The notes under the pieces are model-generated. The model saw only the letters and a list, made by a program, of their open reading frames with translations. It was not told the origin of the DNA and ran no database searches. A stretch of DNA of 64,000 nt from Chiloscyllium plagiosum (taxonomy: Eukaryota). The stretch covers positions 63,516,625 through 63,580,624 of the forward strand of contig NC_057718.1 in the NCBI RefSeq assembly GCF_004010195.1, in the 5' to 3' direction. Positions within the stretch are counted from its first letter, which is position 1; each line of letters begins with the position of its first letter. Both the position numbers and the translations under genes were made by a program. Positions 1 through 14,111 of this stretch are shown here, one piece after another.

Positions 1-344
1 TCGTCCAAAACTATTTATTCAGTTCTGCAGAACCGGGTGTTACCTCAATGGCTTCCCACGAGGCACACACACAGATTGTCATCCCCGCACGTTATATACA
101 TGTAGGAGTGGGCGGGGTCTTCTACTGTCTCAGCCAATGAGTGTTAAATTTCCCCACTGTCCTCCTGATGGATGGGATTATTTGGTTATTCACCCAGCCA
201 ATCAGTGTTCGAGTTCCCCGCTTCTCCCTTATATGGATGATGATGTACAGCCGTGGTTGTGGGCGGTCCCTCAGCCACGAGGAAAGCTGTTTCCATTGTT
301 CCATTCATGAAAATCTGGGGGAGTGTCTGCTCGTGCTTACTACA
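1..344 (-). mobile_element. LTR-like sequence (3' end runs off the window)
   Basis: Minus strand starts TGTAGTAAGCAC at 344, followed by CCAAT boxes (about 134 and 198), a GC box (GGGCGGGG about 110), TATATAA (about 92-98) and AATAAA (14-19), in U3-R order. Confidence 0.55.
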
Positions 345-1904
345 AGGTAGAGAAGACTAAAATGGTGGCTTTGTACTTACTATGTGCTTACTACAACAGT
401 TAATGATTTAAAAATTACACCACCCCCTACAGTAACATATAGCTGTACTAGTTAAAAATTAACCTCCTTCTAAAACTGTCTACACCACACTTACAGACAG
501 ACAAGAAAACGTTGACATTATGAGTGGAGGGAAAAATGGCTGGGAAAGCAGTTCAATGGCATCAGTCCACAGGGTTAGCTGAGGTGATCCTTTTGCTTGC
601 TTGGACTTTCTATTCTTCAAGCTTTCTGCTAGTTCTTTTCACTATTTTTGCAGAAGACATAGGCAATTGGTACGTGAACTGCAAAGTTTCTTAATTATTA
701 GTTAAAGGCCATAGCTTACAACAACTGGTGAGGGAAAATACACTGTCTCTCTTTAGCCTTTAGGCACTTTACTGAAGATTTACATTTACCCCTTCTCGAG
801 TCTGCCACTGTCATGTACACCCAAAAGCTGCTCAGCCAGTCAGGAGCCAGATAGTTGTTGTTAGACTTATCATCTTTGTCATACAATTGGTCACAACTGC
901 ACAAACCAATCAGCAGAATCATATTTCCCTGTTGCCAGTCCATTTCCAACCAATTTCCTTAGACTGCGTGAACAAAGCAACAGCGTAAACATAACTTACA
1001 ATGAGTTGCAGTTATTTTTTTTAAAAAAGTGGAGCAACTCTTTCAACAAATCTTTGTGGTTAAAGTCCTTTTTTTCAATTCAATCTACAATCAAGAACAC
1101 AGAAAAATAAAAAGGTATGGTTTTGACAACTCAGAAGTGACAGTAGCAGATCAGGAGGTAAACATCAAACTAATGGGCATGAAACACCAAGTTGGGAGTT
1201 GATGTCCTGTGTTTTGTAGACCGAAGAGAGAGATTGAGTAGTTAAGTAGTAATGAAGGACTGGTTTTAAGCGTAACAGCACCGTGAAGTTACTATAAATT
1301 GGCAGAACATTTTTGTAGGTCCTGTATGTTTGCAACTTGAGTTTGGGTAAAAGGAAGGAAGTCGCCAGTTTGCAAAAGTACTGTGGTGGTAGTCCTGCTT
1401 ATTTGTAGCATCCAAGACATGGTTGTGAGAATTAGTAATATTTGAATTGTTCATCTTGAGGGATTAGTCCTAATAGTCCAGATTTTCTGATCTCTGGATG
1501 GTTAGAGACTGAAACTTAACCTGAAAGATGCATGTCCTCACTACATTGCTACTTTCAAAAAAGCAATTGACATCTGGAACCCTCCAAAAAAGTCTCCAAC
1601 TCTGATTGAGTCAGAAGCTTCACAGAATGCTGACTCATATGAACATGTGAAATATCAGCAATAGATGACCATACGTCTGTGCAGTCCCTCAATAAGATCA
1701 TGGCTGATCCATTGCAGTTTCCAACTCTCATCATAATAAACTTAATCCCATGCCTAACAAGAACATGTCCACCTCTGACTTAGAAATATTCAATAACTCC
1801 CATTTACCACCTTCTGAGGCACAGCATTAGGAAGACATACAACTATAACTTACATACATTAATAGTTAGCCAGGAAATGGCAAATGCAATTAGGAACTAC
1901 TAAG

Positions 1905-3065
1905 TATAAACTGACCTTCCAATTATGCACAGTGCTCCACCTATGGAATCACCAATATCAGGACTTGTAGCAGAAGCAGCTATGCAGAAGTGTGAACAAA
2001 CAGCCCTTCCCATGATCCAGCTCAAGTTTTGGGTCTGCTACATGGATGACACCTTTCTCATCATGAAGCGTGACAAACTAGAAGAAACCCACAAACACAA
2101 ACAACATCCTGACCAGTATAAAGTTCACCAAAGAGGAGGAGAATAATAACCAACTGCCCTGGTTGGATGTCATGGTAAAGTGGGAAGCCAATGGAGAGCT
2201 GCAGATCAGCAATTTTCAGGAAAGCCACACACACAGACCAGATACTCAACTACAGAAGCAACTTCCCAACACCCACAAAAGCAGCTGCATCAGGACACTG
2301 TTCAAACCAGCCACAACACACTGCAGCACCCCAGAACTACGAGAAGCAAAGGAAAAAGACATATGCAATGTATTCAGGAACAACAGATACCGGATAAGTG
2401 CAGTCCGCTGATTCCTGAACAAAGGACCAAAACAGGAAAACCCAACACGCCAAGAGACTCTAGTCACCCTACCATGCAACGAAGACATTTCAGAGATGAC
2501 CACCAGACTTCTCCGCCCCTAGGCATCATGGTAGCCCACAAACCTACTACCACACTAAAACAACTACGGATGAATTTAAAGGACTCTGTACTCATAGCCA
2601 GCAGAACAAACATCATATACAAAATACCCTGCAAAGACTGCAACAAACATTACATTGGATAAACTGGCAAGAGACTAGCCACCAGGATACATGACCAACT
2701 ATCGTTGGTATCCATAAACACAGACTAAGAGGGATACCAGTTCGACTGGGACAATACATCCATCCTGGGTCAGACCAAACAAAGACAAGTGCAATAATTT
2801 CCAGAGGCCTCATATTCAAACTGGAACTCCATTAATAAACATATAGATTTGGATCCCATTTACCAACCCCTCAGAAACAGAACCAGAAATGATATCACCC
2901 ACCACAACAAACCGAAACCGATAAATAGCAAGTGGGACAGAACACGAGAGGCCCACTGATTATGTTACCGAGCATGATGAAACATCTGAGAACAAACACA
3001 CCAGTTCAGTCAGCAAACCAACAACCTGATCCATTAACTGCGCTACAAATCATCTTCAAGATCAC
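1905..3065 (+). mobile_element. Penelope-like element, decayed (RT C-half, GIY-YIG, 3' pseudo-LTR)
   Basis: MESPISGLVAEAAM, WVCYMDDTF, YRKATHTDQILNY, IIYKIPCKDCNKHYIG (GIY-YIG); frameshifted; degenerate hammerhead core at about 2953-2990. Confidence 0.9.
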
Positions 3066-4271
3066 CTTTTTTTTACTACCCTGTCTATCCGTGACTCCAC
3101 TTTCAAGGACATATGAACCTGCATCCCGATGTCTCTTTGTTTGACATCGCACCCCAGGACCCTACCATTAACTGTATAAGTTCTGCCCTGATTTGCCTTA
3201 CCAAAATGCAATACCTCACATTTATCTAAATTACATTCCAACGGCCACTCCTCAGCCCATCAGATCAAGGTGCTGTTGTACACTGAGATAACCTTCTTCA
3301 TTGTCCAGTACACAACCAATTTTGGTGTCATCTGCAAACTTACTAACCAAACCTTCTATACTCACATTCAAACCAATGACAACAGATTTAATGTGTTGTG
3401 GTCCTTCTTATTGTCATGGGCAGGAGTAAAAGTATGTCCAGCCATTTTTCAGGGCTGGAGCAGCTCACCACACTTATCAAGTGGCACCGGGGGCTGGCAA
3501 TAAATGCAGATCCAGTCAGTGGCCCCAGTGCCACGAGTAAATTTTAAAAAAAAATCAATGAAACAAAAAAAAACTGAGGTTGTTGAAAACCAGAAACAAA
3601 ATCAGAAACTGCAGGAAAAAACTCAGCAGATCAAGAAGCAAATGTGGATAGAAAGCAGAGTTCACAGTTTGGGTTCAGTGACCCTTCTACAAAAGATCCG
3701 AATAGTTCTGAAGAGTCACTAAAACTGAAGCATTAATTTTGCTTTCTCTCCAGAGATGCTGCTAGACTTGTTGAGTTTTTCCAGCATTTTCTGATTTTTA
3801 TTAGCAATAGTTGCTTTATTGGAGAGTTTGTTCTATATTTCCACCCTTCTGAAGGGGAGAAAGGAAAGATTGTTTCTTCACCTTCCATCTTCAGTAAGGA
3901 TCGTTAACTTTAAAATTGTGACCTCTGTTCATTAAGTCATTCATGTTTTTCATCATTTCAAAGTGCCAGAAAGACATTTATAGAACAGCCTGGGCCAAAC
4001 TAAATTTGTGTTGGTGGAATCTTATTTAAGATGTTCCTCCATTATCACATTTCATTCTACATTATGTCAAACAGAATATTCTGGTGAATTCTGACCCTAT
4101 AAAATTCAAAGACAAAAATAGACCATTCATTAATATTTATCCCTCATAATTTGTTCTACATACATACAAGACTTACACAGCTCAATTGCATGTGAGGTGC
4201 TTTGCTGTTTATTCTCTCATTACTATTAATTTTGCAATGGCTTGTGATCAAGTATCTTCTAGTTGTCGGCA

Positions 4272-4492
4272 GGTTTGCATATGTTGTGGTTCTGTTCGCC
4301 GAGCTGGGAATTTGTGTTGCAGACGTTTCGTCCCCTGTCTAGGTGACATCCTCAGTGCTTGGGAGCCTCCTGTGAAGCGCTTCTGTGATCTTTCCTCCGG
4401 CATTTGTAGTGGTTTGAATCTGCCGCTTCCGTTTGTCAGTTCCAGCTGTCCGTTGCAGTGGTCGGTATATTGGGTCCAGGTCGATGTGCTTA
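4272..4492 (-). mobile_element. Penelope 3'/pseudo-LTR fragment carrying a hammerhead ribozyme
   Basis: Near-identical to 36119-36290 and homologous to the tail of the Penelope at 2790-3065. Confidence 0.8.
4319..4358 (-). ncRNA. Minimal type I hammerhead ribozyme (intact core)
   Basis: GCA-CUGAGGA-U-GUCACCU(AGAC)AGGGGAC-GAAA-C-GUC|UGC: stem I GCA/UGC, stem II hairpin, GUC cleavage triplet. Confidence 0.8.
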
Positions 4493-5634
4493 ATCAATAA
4501 TCTTATTTTTGTTTTCATTCACCATGATGGTCAGTCACTGAACATATTCATAAGGTGTTGTCAATGTATTCTTATCAAAGGAACATGAATCTTTGTTACG
4601 CAAAAGAAAAACAGAAAATATGGTGTGCTGTACATGAACTAGCTGAAAGGCTATAATTACAAATGTCAAAAATAAAGTTTCAATCCTTTTACTCACAATT
4701 ACAACCTTATAGAAACACAAATCACAGTTAAGGGTAAACCTGACTCCACTTTACAATTCCTGATTCAGTTGGCCTGGCTATATTGGCTCTTCCTTTTTAC
4801 TAACTTTCAATTACATTTAGGAAAAACACTTGGGTTTTCTGTACACTCAGCTTCCAGTAGTTTTCTGGCCAGTCTTCTTACTAGCTTAGCATGTCAACCT
4901 CCAATGTCTAGTATCTGCAGGCACACTGCATTTCATAGCTACATTTCCTCATACATTTCACATTTTTCTGCCAACGTTGGCTGTTTTTGAAAGTTACTAA
5001 ACTAATAGCACCTTTTTATCACTCTGACTGAAACTGCACTTATTACATGACACTCTGGATGGTTCTATCCCCTGTCATACAAGAATCCTGACCCAAGGCA
5101 GCAGATTTCTTTCTTTTCTCTCCTTTTTTCTCATGCACCAAACTGTTAACATTAAGCTCTATTCTAATGTAAGCCCTCAATATAATTGGATGGGTCAACA
5201 ATCTTGAGCCACCTCATCACCACTGACAGAATAATTTTAAACTGAAACTGAACTATGTTTTCCTCTCTCAACACACAATAAATACAAATCAAACTTAGTT
5301 ATACATGGTTCTTCCACTTTCAAACCCACATTTAAAAAATAATAATGTACCATGAATTGTCTTTGCACATACAATTGGGATATTAATAAAATGCTTCATA
5401 TTACAATAATCTTCAGCAAGGTGCATTTTGGATCATTATATAATAAAAGAGTAATGGATTCATAATTCACATAGGTGTTTCTTAATCATCCAAATATTCC
5501 ACTTTAAAGAGTTGTTTTTAAACTCGGTGTTATTTGGTTGGGTCTGTAATTTGCCTTTAAGATTAATACATGTGAATAAATGGCCATGAGAGGTGCATAC
5601 CCAGGGCAATGGCACAAACATTTCATTCACCTAC

Positions 5635-5785
5635 CTCTAGTTGTGAGAATGTCCCTTGAACCTTTTGCAGGATATTATACATGCAATGTGCCACATTGAC
5701 TGCATGCTTCCAGTTGTGGTAGGGCACACGGCGGTAGTTTTTCTTTACTGACATAGTGAAGCGACACAGTTTTTCCAGATCAAAG
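5635..5785 (-). CDS. PDE10A: PDE10A-family coding exon (catalytic YHN..H motif), 151 bp; last exon recognised in window
   Basis: tctag|C TTT...GAG|gtagg. (S)[50 protein letters not shown], containing the class I PDE YHNxxH motif. Confidence 0.97.
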
Positions 5786-6275
5786 CTAGACAGATAAGAA
5801 AGCAGAAGCAGAAAGACAGCAACTAAATAAAGATTAGAAATGTCAGTGATCCAAGATACCAAAGAGTTAACATTATCTTTTTGTAATTTGTCAGGATTCT
5901 ATAGCATATGTTGCTTTTAATGGGTTGGATGAAATACCTATCATTAATTTTCTATGAAACCTAAGACAACTTTCACAGGGGAAATTATGAAAGCTCACCA
6001 ACAATAAATTTCATTGACAACTAAGATGCTACCCACTGTAGTGGCATGCAAGTGGATAACTGGGGCTTAATAATGGAACATAAAGCGCCAAACGCAGCAT
6101 AACTGCTATACTGGTGAATTAAGCTGAAGACACTTATCCAGAACTTCCATCAAAAATGATACAATTTTAAGACAAAATTATTGTTACAAAAACAGAATGT
6201 TGATTTCATCTCCATTGTGACTGGTCAAGATTCTCTGTCCTAATTTAAAAAACTGATCTTTTTTATTATCTGTAC

Positions 6276-6359
6276 CTGTTTTTTCCACAGCTGCTGTGAA
6301 TCATATAAACAAAAATTGTTGGCCAGAGATCCTCATAGGGAGTGATATCAAAATGGAAC
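6276..6359 (-). CDS. PDE10A: PDE10A-family coding exon (catalytic domain N-terminus), 84 bp
   Basis: ctcag|G TTC...AG|gtaca. (Q)[27 protein letters not shown](S), homologous to [25 protein letters not shown]. Confidence 0.95.
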
Positions 6360-6439
6360 CTGAGATAAAATTATATAAAATGGAATATCAGTACAATATA
6401 TTGGTATTTCCACAGAAGTTGTCAATATTTATAAATATT

Positions 6440-8700
6440 TGTCAAAAGCGATAAGTGAATTGGGAGGAGAAGGCTATACAGCCCCTTCAGTCTGTTTCAG
6501 CATTCAACAAGATCATGGAGGTTCTGAATGTAACCTCATATCCACATTCCTGCCCAAGCTGATATCAGAGAAAAAAAAGTGCAAGAGTAGGCCATTCAGC
6601 CCTTTGAGCCTGCACCACCATCTAACGTGATCATAGGTGGTTGTGCAATTTCAGCATCGCACTCCTACTTTCTCTCCATAGCCCTTGATTCCTTTAGCCA
6701 CATCGACCATCTCCAACTCCCACTTCAATCCCTTGCTTAAGGTGAATGAATCTATCTCTGCTTTAAAAATATTCACAGACTCTGCTTCCACATTTCACAC
6801 TCCTAACACCGAGATCCCTCTGCCATCTCTCACTATTTAGATAATATGTTTGATTTTTATTCTTCTTGACAAAATACACAACTTCACATTTTCCAATGTG
6901 ATAATCTGTTTGCCACATATTTGTCCATTCACTTGACCTATCAATATCTTTTTGTGATCACCTTGTGTCTTCTTCGTAACTTACTTTCCTACCTACCTTA
7001 GTGCTGTTAAATTATTTAGCAACCACACCCGCTGCCCTTTCATTGATTAAATGATAAATTGTTGAGGACCTAGCATTAATTCATGTGGCACACTACCGAT
7101 TACATTTTGTTATCCTGAAAAAGATCCATTTACATATACTTTCTGCTTCCTCTAAGCAAGCCAATCTTTTATTCATGTCAATATATGTCAACTCCCAAAA
7201 CCATGAACTTTTGTTTTCTGCAATAACTTTTAATGTGGCACCTTATCAAAGGCCTCTGGAAAGCTACTACAGTACAGTACACTCACAGCACACGATTACC
7301 TTTACCATATCTGGGTTCCCTGCCACAGCTTCTTTCATAATAGCTTCTAACAGTTTCATGATGACAGATGTTAAGCTAAGTGGTCTGTCATTTCCTGCTT
7401 TCCATCTCTCTTCCTTTTTGAATAAAAGAGTGACATTTTCAATATTCTAATAGGATGGGACCATTCTCAAATCAAAGGATTTTTTTTTGAGAAATAAAAT
7501 CCAGCGCATCAACTATCTCACTAGTCACTTCTTTTAAATCTTAGGATACTTGTAAGCTCGCAGATCCTACCAATTTCTCAGTACAACTTCTTTGCTGAAT
7601 ATGATTTTAGTATTGTAATAATAATAATAATAATAATTCATTGTTTTTCCTGATTCTCTATACGACTCATCCCAAATGTCCCAGTCCACTGAGCTATCAT
7701 CATTTTGTCAAAGATATGGTAGGAAATAACAGCAGTAATTATACTCTGAAAGAAAGTAGGCTTGGGGCTTTAGATGAGCAGAGTGAACTGGATAAAAGAA
7801 CATCTTAAAAGAAGCAAAATATGCCCTTGTCCATTGAGCCGGCTCCAGTATTCAATACAATCACGGCTGACCTTTTGCTTCAAGTTTTATCATTCCCTTA
7901 ATTTCCCCATATACAAAATTCTATCAATCTTTGCTTTGAATATATTCAATGTCTGAGAACCTAAAACACTTGGGGTAAGAGAATTCCAGAGATTCAAGAC
8001 AAAAATGTTTCATCTTAGTTCTAAATGACTGATCCCTTGTTTTGGGACAGTGATTCCTAATTCTAGTTCGTCCAGCAAGGGAGAGAGAGTTCCAGCATCT
8101 AGTACTTTAAGAATTTTATATGGTTCAGTGCAATCAATCCTCATTCTTTTAAATAACAAGGAATTTTGGCTCAATCTACACAATTGCTCCTTTCAGGACA
8201 ATACCCTCATTCTAGAAGTCAGTCTAGTCAACTTTCTCATATTTCTTCGAAGGCTAGTACATCCTTCTCTTGGTAAGCAAACTCAAAAGTGCACACAATA
8301 CTCCAACCTGTGATCTCACCAACGTTTCAAGCATTTGGTAAGATTTCTTCACTTTAATGCTCTGATCTCTTTTAAACAAAGGCTATCATATCATTTACGT
8401 TCCTAATTACCTTCTGTACCTGCATATTCACCCTTTGAGATTCATGTATAAAGACACCAGGTTCGCTCTGAATTCCGGCATTTTCCAATTACTCAAAATT
8501 TAAAAATAAATCTGTTTTGCCATTTTTTTTTCTATAAGTGATAACTTCATACTTCTTCACATCATATTCTAATTGCTATGTGCTTGCCCATTGAGTTAAC
8601 CTATTTATATCCCTTTACAGCCTCTTTGTGTCCTCAGTATACTTCCCAACCCAACTCTGTTAGCAAACTTGGATATGTTATAATTGGACTCTTCACCTCA
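6440..8700 (-). mobile_element. Cluster of decayed CR1 LINE fragments
   Basis: Reverse-complement similarity to the CR1 RT 3' region and tail seen in the plus-strand copies at 33800-35770. Confidence 0.6.
7617..7637. repeat. (TAA)n microsatellite
   Basis: TAATAATAATAATAATAATAA. Confidence 0.85.
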
Positions 8701-11700
8701 ATTAACCTGAGTGAGGGCATCAAGGGTCTTCTTTTACCATTACAAGGATGACAGCTGCAAGCACCTTCCAGTGATGGTGCTTTTCTGTGTGAATCTGAAG
8801 ATGCAGATGTTCAAATCACCTTGCTTCATACTGGAGACAGTGACCCAAATTAGTATAAACTTGTGCAGACTGTTCCCAGCTATTTAAATCAATCTGGCAT
8901 GAATTGATATCTTAATTGCATGAATCCTTGTAAAATAGTTTTTTCTTTAATTTTTAAAAAAATAGAATATCCTTTATTGTTATGTGCATTTTATATAAAA
9001 TACAGTGAAAAGCGTGTACTTGTTGCATGTACATAAACGCCATTCATAGAATAAAAAATAGAGTCCAACATTTTCCTTCACTGCTACTGCTTCAGCATAC
9101 CACTGTCAGTGTCCCACTTCTGGCTTTCCAGCCTATTCAATGTTGCCAAGAGTGTCCTGTTTTGGGCTACACCAGTCCATGTTGGACCGCCGTCAGAGAC
9201 CCACTCCACTTGGAAGCGAGACTCCACTCCAGGCTTCACAAGCTGACCAACCAACTCTGCAGCCGCACTGCCTCTGAAGGCACCACCACTGCTCCGGAGC
9301 CAATCGCAGTCACCTCCTGCCAAACAGCTCTCTTTATACAGTAAATTTGGGGGAACAAAAGGGGTAGGAGGAAAAAGAAAAATGCAGACAAGGTGGACAA
9401 GCCTGGGCACAGGAGGCCGAAAGCTGCCTAGATCCCCACCATCTTGCATGACAGAACTGGGGAAGAGTCACTGCACCAGAAACATTAACTTGGATTCCTC
9501 TTCACAGATGTTGCCAAACCAGCTGAGCTATTGAAGCAATTTTGGTTTTGTCTCCATACAGTGCATTGTTTGGGAGACAGAAGCATCTATTCTCATAACA
9601 TGGACTAAAGCATTGTAGTCAACTTCACTTGATCATTACCATAGATGCTTTGAGTTAGAAAGTAGTCATATGTTGACAAGTGATACCTAGGATCATTCCG
9701 CACCATCACATATGAAATGAATTCCACCTGCATTTCTACTTCTGGTATGTAGTCCAATTTTCAGCACCACACAGTGGCCCATTTCATACACAGGCAGGCA
9801 TTACTGTTTCATAATTAAGAGGTAATTCTCAACTTGGGGTTTTTGCCTGAAATTTTCAAAATGTAGCAGCAGCACTACCTAGACAAGCTAATATCTCTGC
9901 ACTAAGCTTTGTTTCATTTGAGACTGTTGATCAGGTAGCAGAATTTGTTTACATTTAGCCATGTAGTCAAGAGTGAAAACAATGTTTCTTCTCCCAATGA
10001 CTCTCTTTGAGATTTTCTTGGGGGCTGCTTTTTTTGTATCTCAGGGCTAATGTTTTTTGTTTTCAGGGGCTGATTTCTCATTTTTGCCATCATTCTAGAT
10101 CCAAATGCTCCCTGAGATGACTCTCTCATAGTTTCAAGGCAACAGGGCCAACTACACGGCAGGGTTCCTCCAGCCCAGCTGCAACAGTTGGGAATGCACC
10201 AGAAGCAGCGAGAGGGAAGCAAAGTTATAAACAAACTCAATAAAGGCACGTGGGGAGCATGGGTGAAATTTCACTGTAAACGATCTTATACTTTTGTAGA
10301 AGTATATATGGACTTGTGCACTTAAAATGTCTGCTCCAGCATCTTTATTACCATTGGACCTGGTTAAGCTGCACCCATGTGGAAAATGAGCTGCCTTTCA
10401 GGTATCACAAGGATGAAAGATATTGTAATGGCCAAGCATTTCTCATCTCTCACAGGCTACAGACCCCTTGATTGCAGATAGCATCAGATATCGAGGATCT
10501 TTGAACTGTGATGTTGACGACTATAGCCAAAGTGTTGTATTTAATGTGGACAACACTAAAGTTAAACGCAACATGCAAGGTTTATGCTAGGGTCTGGGTG
10601 CTAGGAACAAATTTTCCATTCATTAAGTATTCACTTACTTTATGAATAACAGTATGGAATCAGTGATAACACTCATCTTTGGAGGGAAAGGTTCATTCTA
10701 TCCATTAGCTTCTCAAGAAAGCGTCCCAAGGCTGGGAAGTGTACAATGGACAATTCACATGTCCACTCTCCCTCAGATCGCAGTGGTCTGGCAAGAGAAG
10801 CTGCACTAAGCACTGCCTATCTCAGGTTAAATATAGGATGGTCAAGAATTTCAGGGCAATTTAGCAGATGATGCTAACTGTGAAATGTTCAATGTACGGA
10901 GACATCTCAGGATTCCACTCAACCACCTGCCTTTCACACCAGGCTTCACTGTACAGCACCTGGTTGACATTTGATAATTGAAGCCTTAAGAGTTACCGAA
11001 CCTTAGAGCCACCTGACTGCAATGTTTCCCTAATGGCCAGTAGGGCTTGTAATATGTAGAAACTTGAAAAGGGATTGATTGAAGATACCAAGTCTACAAT
11101 CAGGTGGGTAAGGAGGCATTTTACTCAGCAATAGCCAAAGTTAACAATTGCAAAAATCACCAGCTCCATGTGTATTTTACATTAAGCGAGGACTGCTTGC
11201 CACATAACCAATAGAAAGTTACACAATGAAAGGAAGAACAAACTTCCAAGGAAACAAATTTCATTTCAGCTCTCTTGGCTTCTTGTACTCAGCAAAGCAC
11301 TGATTTCTCACACTACCTTCGATGTCCTTCACAATCTATGTTCTAATCCTTATTCTGATTGTCAGCTCCAGTTGTGAAGGATACAGCATGCCACAATGGT
11401 ACAGGAAACCTTTTCTGCTCTATTCTACAATGCTCTGCAGGATTCAAACTTAAACTTAAGAGGTCCTGTAGTCTATTCCGCTATGGCCCTGACAGAAGCT
11501 TGGGCTGCATTATATGTTTGTTGCACATTGCAAACGGAAGAAGAAGAAAATGCTTCAGCTTGCAGGCACTCATAAGAGTGGCCAGAGACCAGACACCAAC
11601 TCAGGCCAGGCAAAAGATAGCATTGGCAATTTATAAGTTCATGCACAGACAGGCACAGCAACAGCAATCAAGCTTATCAGAGACATTTAGTAAACTGGAT

Positions 11701-12606
11701 CGAAGGCTGGAGGAGTTTACTAATGTTACCTCCTCCTGCGTATTCTGTATATGGTAAGGAACAATTGCACTAGTTCTTGAATGAATTCAGAAATTAATAT
11801 GTTGGGATGATGTGGAAAATATCAGAATGAGAAAAACTTTTCTGTGATGTGGTTCCTGAACAGCCACAACAAACCCAAATGAGGCAACAATATATTATGC
11901 ATGGAGGCCTCTAAGAAGGGCAACATAGTAAGTGTGTATGGACCTCTGAGTTATTTCACTTTATTCAGAGGCCTGAAGAACTAGCCATTTCATCAAGCAT
12001 CAGTGACAGGTTAAGTCTGTCAGAACCACAGCCTCATTACTCACACCTCCCCTCACAATGCCCCAAGATTGACACCACTGATTATAACACCCTACTGATT
12101 ATAACAGGCCTTGTTCTTTCTTACTTCCCATTCAGTGAGCAAAGATTGCCGCTCAGATATGTTGTGCAGCCATGGGACATATGAAAATTGTTTGTGAATT
12201 GGTAAACTTTTAAACTATGCTGTGATTACCTCAGAGATCAATGAGATGTTAAGGATTGAATTGTAATAACAATGGAATGGTCATTATTGCTTGAGATGAA
12301 GATTGTAATGGCATTATTGATCAATGTATGAGCTCCACATGAAGGGCAGCTGGATGACAGATGTGTGACATTACTGAATCGCTATGTATTCCTGAACAAT
12401 CCAGCTGCCCCTAGCAGGGCCTCAAACATGTCAACCCCACTTCACAAATTACTCCTCACACTTTGAATGTGTTGACAGCAATTTTAGTGTCTTATTGGGC
12501 AATTGAGATTTGGTTGAAGATGGCATACTATCCACTTTGTGCTTTGGTGAGTAAGCCACAGGCTTCACCTGATAGTCATAGAATCACAGAAACGTTATTT
12601 TTTTTT

Positions 12607-12885
12607 TAGATTGGATTACTTACAGTGTGGAAACAGGCCCTTCAGCCCAACAAGTCCATCCGGACCCGCCGAAGCGCAACCCACCTAATTACCCTACATT
12701 TACCCCTTTACCGCACACTACGGGCAATTTAGCATGGCCAATTCACCTGACCTGCACATCTTTGGAGTGTGGGAGGAAACCGGAGCACCCGGGGGAAACC
12801 CACGCAGACACGGGGAGAACGTGCAAACTCCACACAGTCAGTCGCCTGAGTCGGGAATTGAACCCGGGTCTCTGGCGCTGTGAGG
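12607..12885 (-). mobile_element. HE1-type tRNA-derived V-SINE (5' end slightly truncated)
   Basis: B-box GGTTCAATTCC, central TGTGGAGTTTGCACGTTCTCCCCGTGTCTGCGTGGGTTTCC domain, CR1-like tail; matches other copies in the window. Confidence 0.88.
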
Positions 12886-14111
12886 TGCAGGTCATTTGGT
12901 CTGTCATGTCATCACTGGCTCTCCAACATGTGTTATAACTTAGTGCCATTCACCTCCCTTTCCTTTTATCCTTGTACATTTTTTCTATTCAAATAATCTT
13001 CCAATGCTCCCTTAAAAGCCTCAATTTCCTCTGTCTGTCACACTTTCAAGCTATGCATTCCAAACCTCAACCATTCATTGCGTGGCAAGCTGTTTTCTCA
13101 TATCACATTCATAATTAAATCTGTGCCCTCTCATTTTCAATTCTTTTATGAACAAGAACAACTTGTCCCTATACCACAGAGAATTCTAATCTAAAGGGAG
13201 ATCTTTTCTATCCTGACCCCTCATAATTTTGAAAATTACCAGATTTCCTCTTAGCATTCTTCAGTCCAAGAATAACAGTCCACTCTGTCCGAACTATCCT
13301 CATATCTGAAGTTTCTCAACCATGGAACCATTATTTGAAATTCTCTTTTGTACTCTTTCCAAAGCATTCCCATCCTTCCTATAGTGTGGTGTCCAGAATT
13401 ATACACAATACTCCAACTGAGGTCAAGTAAGTGTCTACATATATTCAGCATAACCTTCTTGTTTTTGTACTATGTCCTGACTGATGCTTTATTACTTTTT
13501 TCTACCTATTCTGCCAGCTTCAATGATCTGTGCACATATATATCTAACTCCCTCTCCTCCTGCACCCTTTAAGTAGTGTTCCCCTTAATTTGAATTGACT
13601 TTCCACATTTTTCCTACCAAATGCATCTCCTCGCATTTCTCTGCATTGAACTTCATCTGTCACCTATCTGCCCATCAACTTATCCAGATCACTTTGGAGT
13701 TCTATATATTTTCTTCACAATTTACGATGTTCCCAAGTTTTGTATAATTTACAAACTTTCAAACATTCACTACATGCCAAGATTCAGATTATTAATATAT
13801 AACAGGAAATGCAAAGGTCACAATACAGATCCCTGGGAACTCTATTACAAACCTTCGGCCAGCATGAAAAATATACATTAACCACGATACTCTGTGTTTC
13901 CTATTACTAGGTCAATTTAGTATTCAATGTAGCTTCTGTTCCTTTTACTCCACGAGCTTTTAATTTTTCTCAAATCTGTTCTGTGGTACTGTAATGAAAG
14001 ATTTTTGAAAATCTGTGTATACCATATCAATAGCATTACTTTCATATACCTTTTCTCTTACTTCTTCAAAAATCTCTGGCTTTGTTAATTAAACATTATT
14101 TACCCATGACC

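Noticed and set aside
716..949. Minus ORF ILLIGLCSCDQLYDKDDKSNNNYLA, superficially like the expected next PDE exon ([20 protein letters not shown])
   Set aside because: It lacks the invariant HD..H metal ligands and the downstream LAALYSTSTMEQHH. The true exon most likely lies beyond position 1.
9027..9449. Overlapping 105- and 121-aa ORFs in a GC-richer patch
   Set aside because: No recognisable domain or splice context; probably a repeat fragment I cannot classify.
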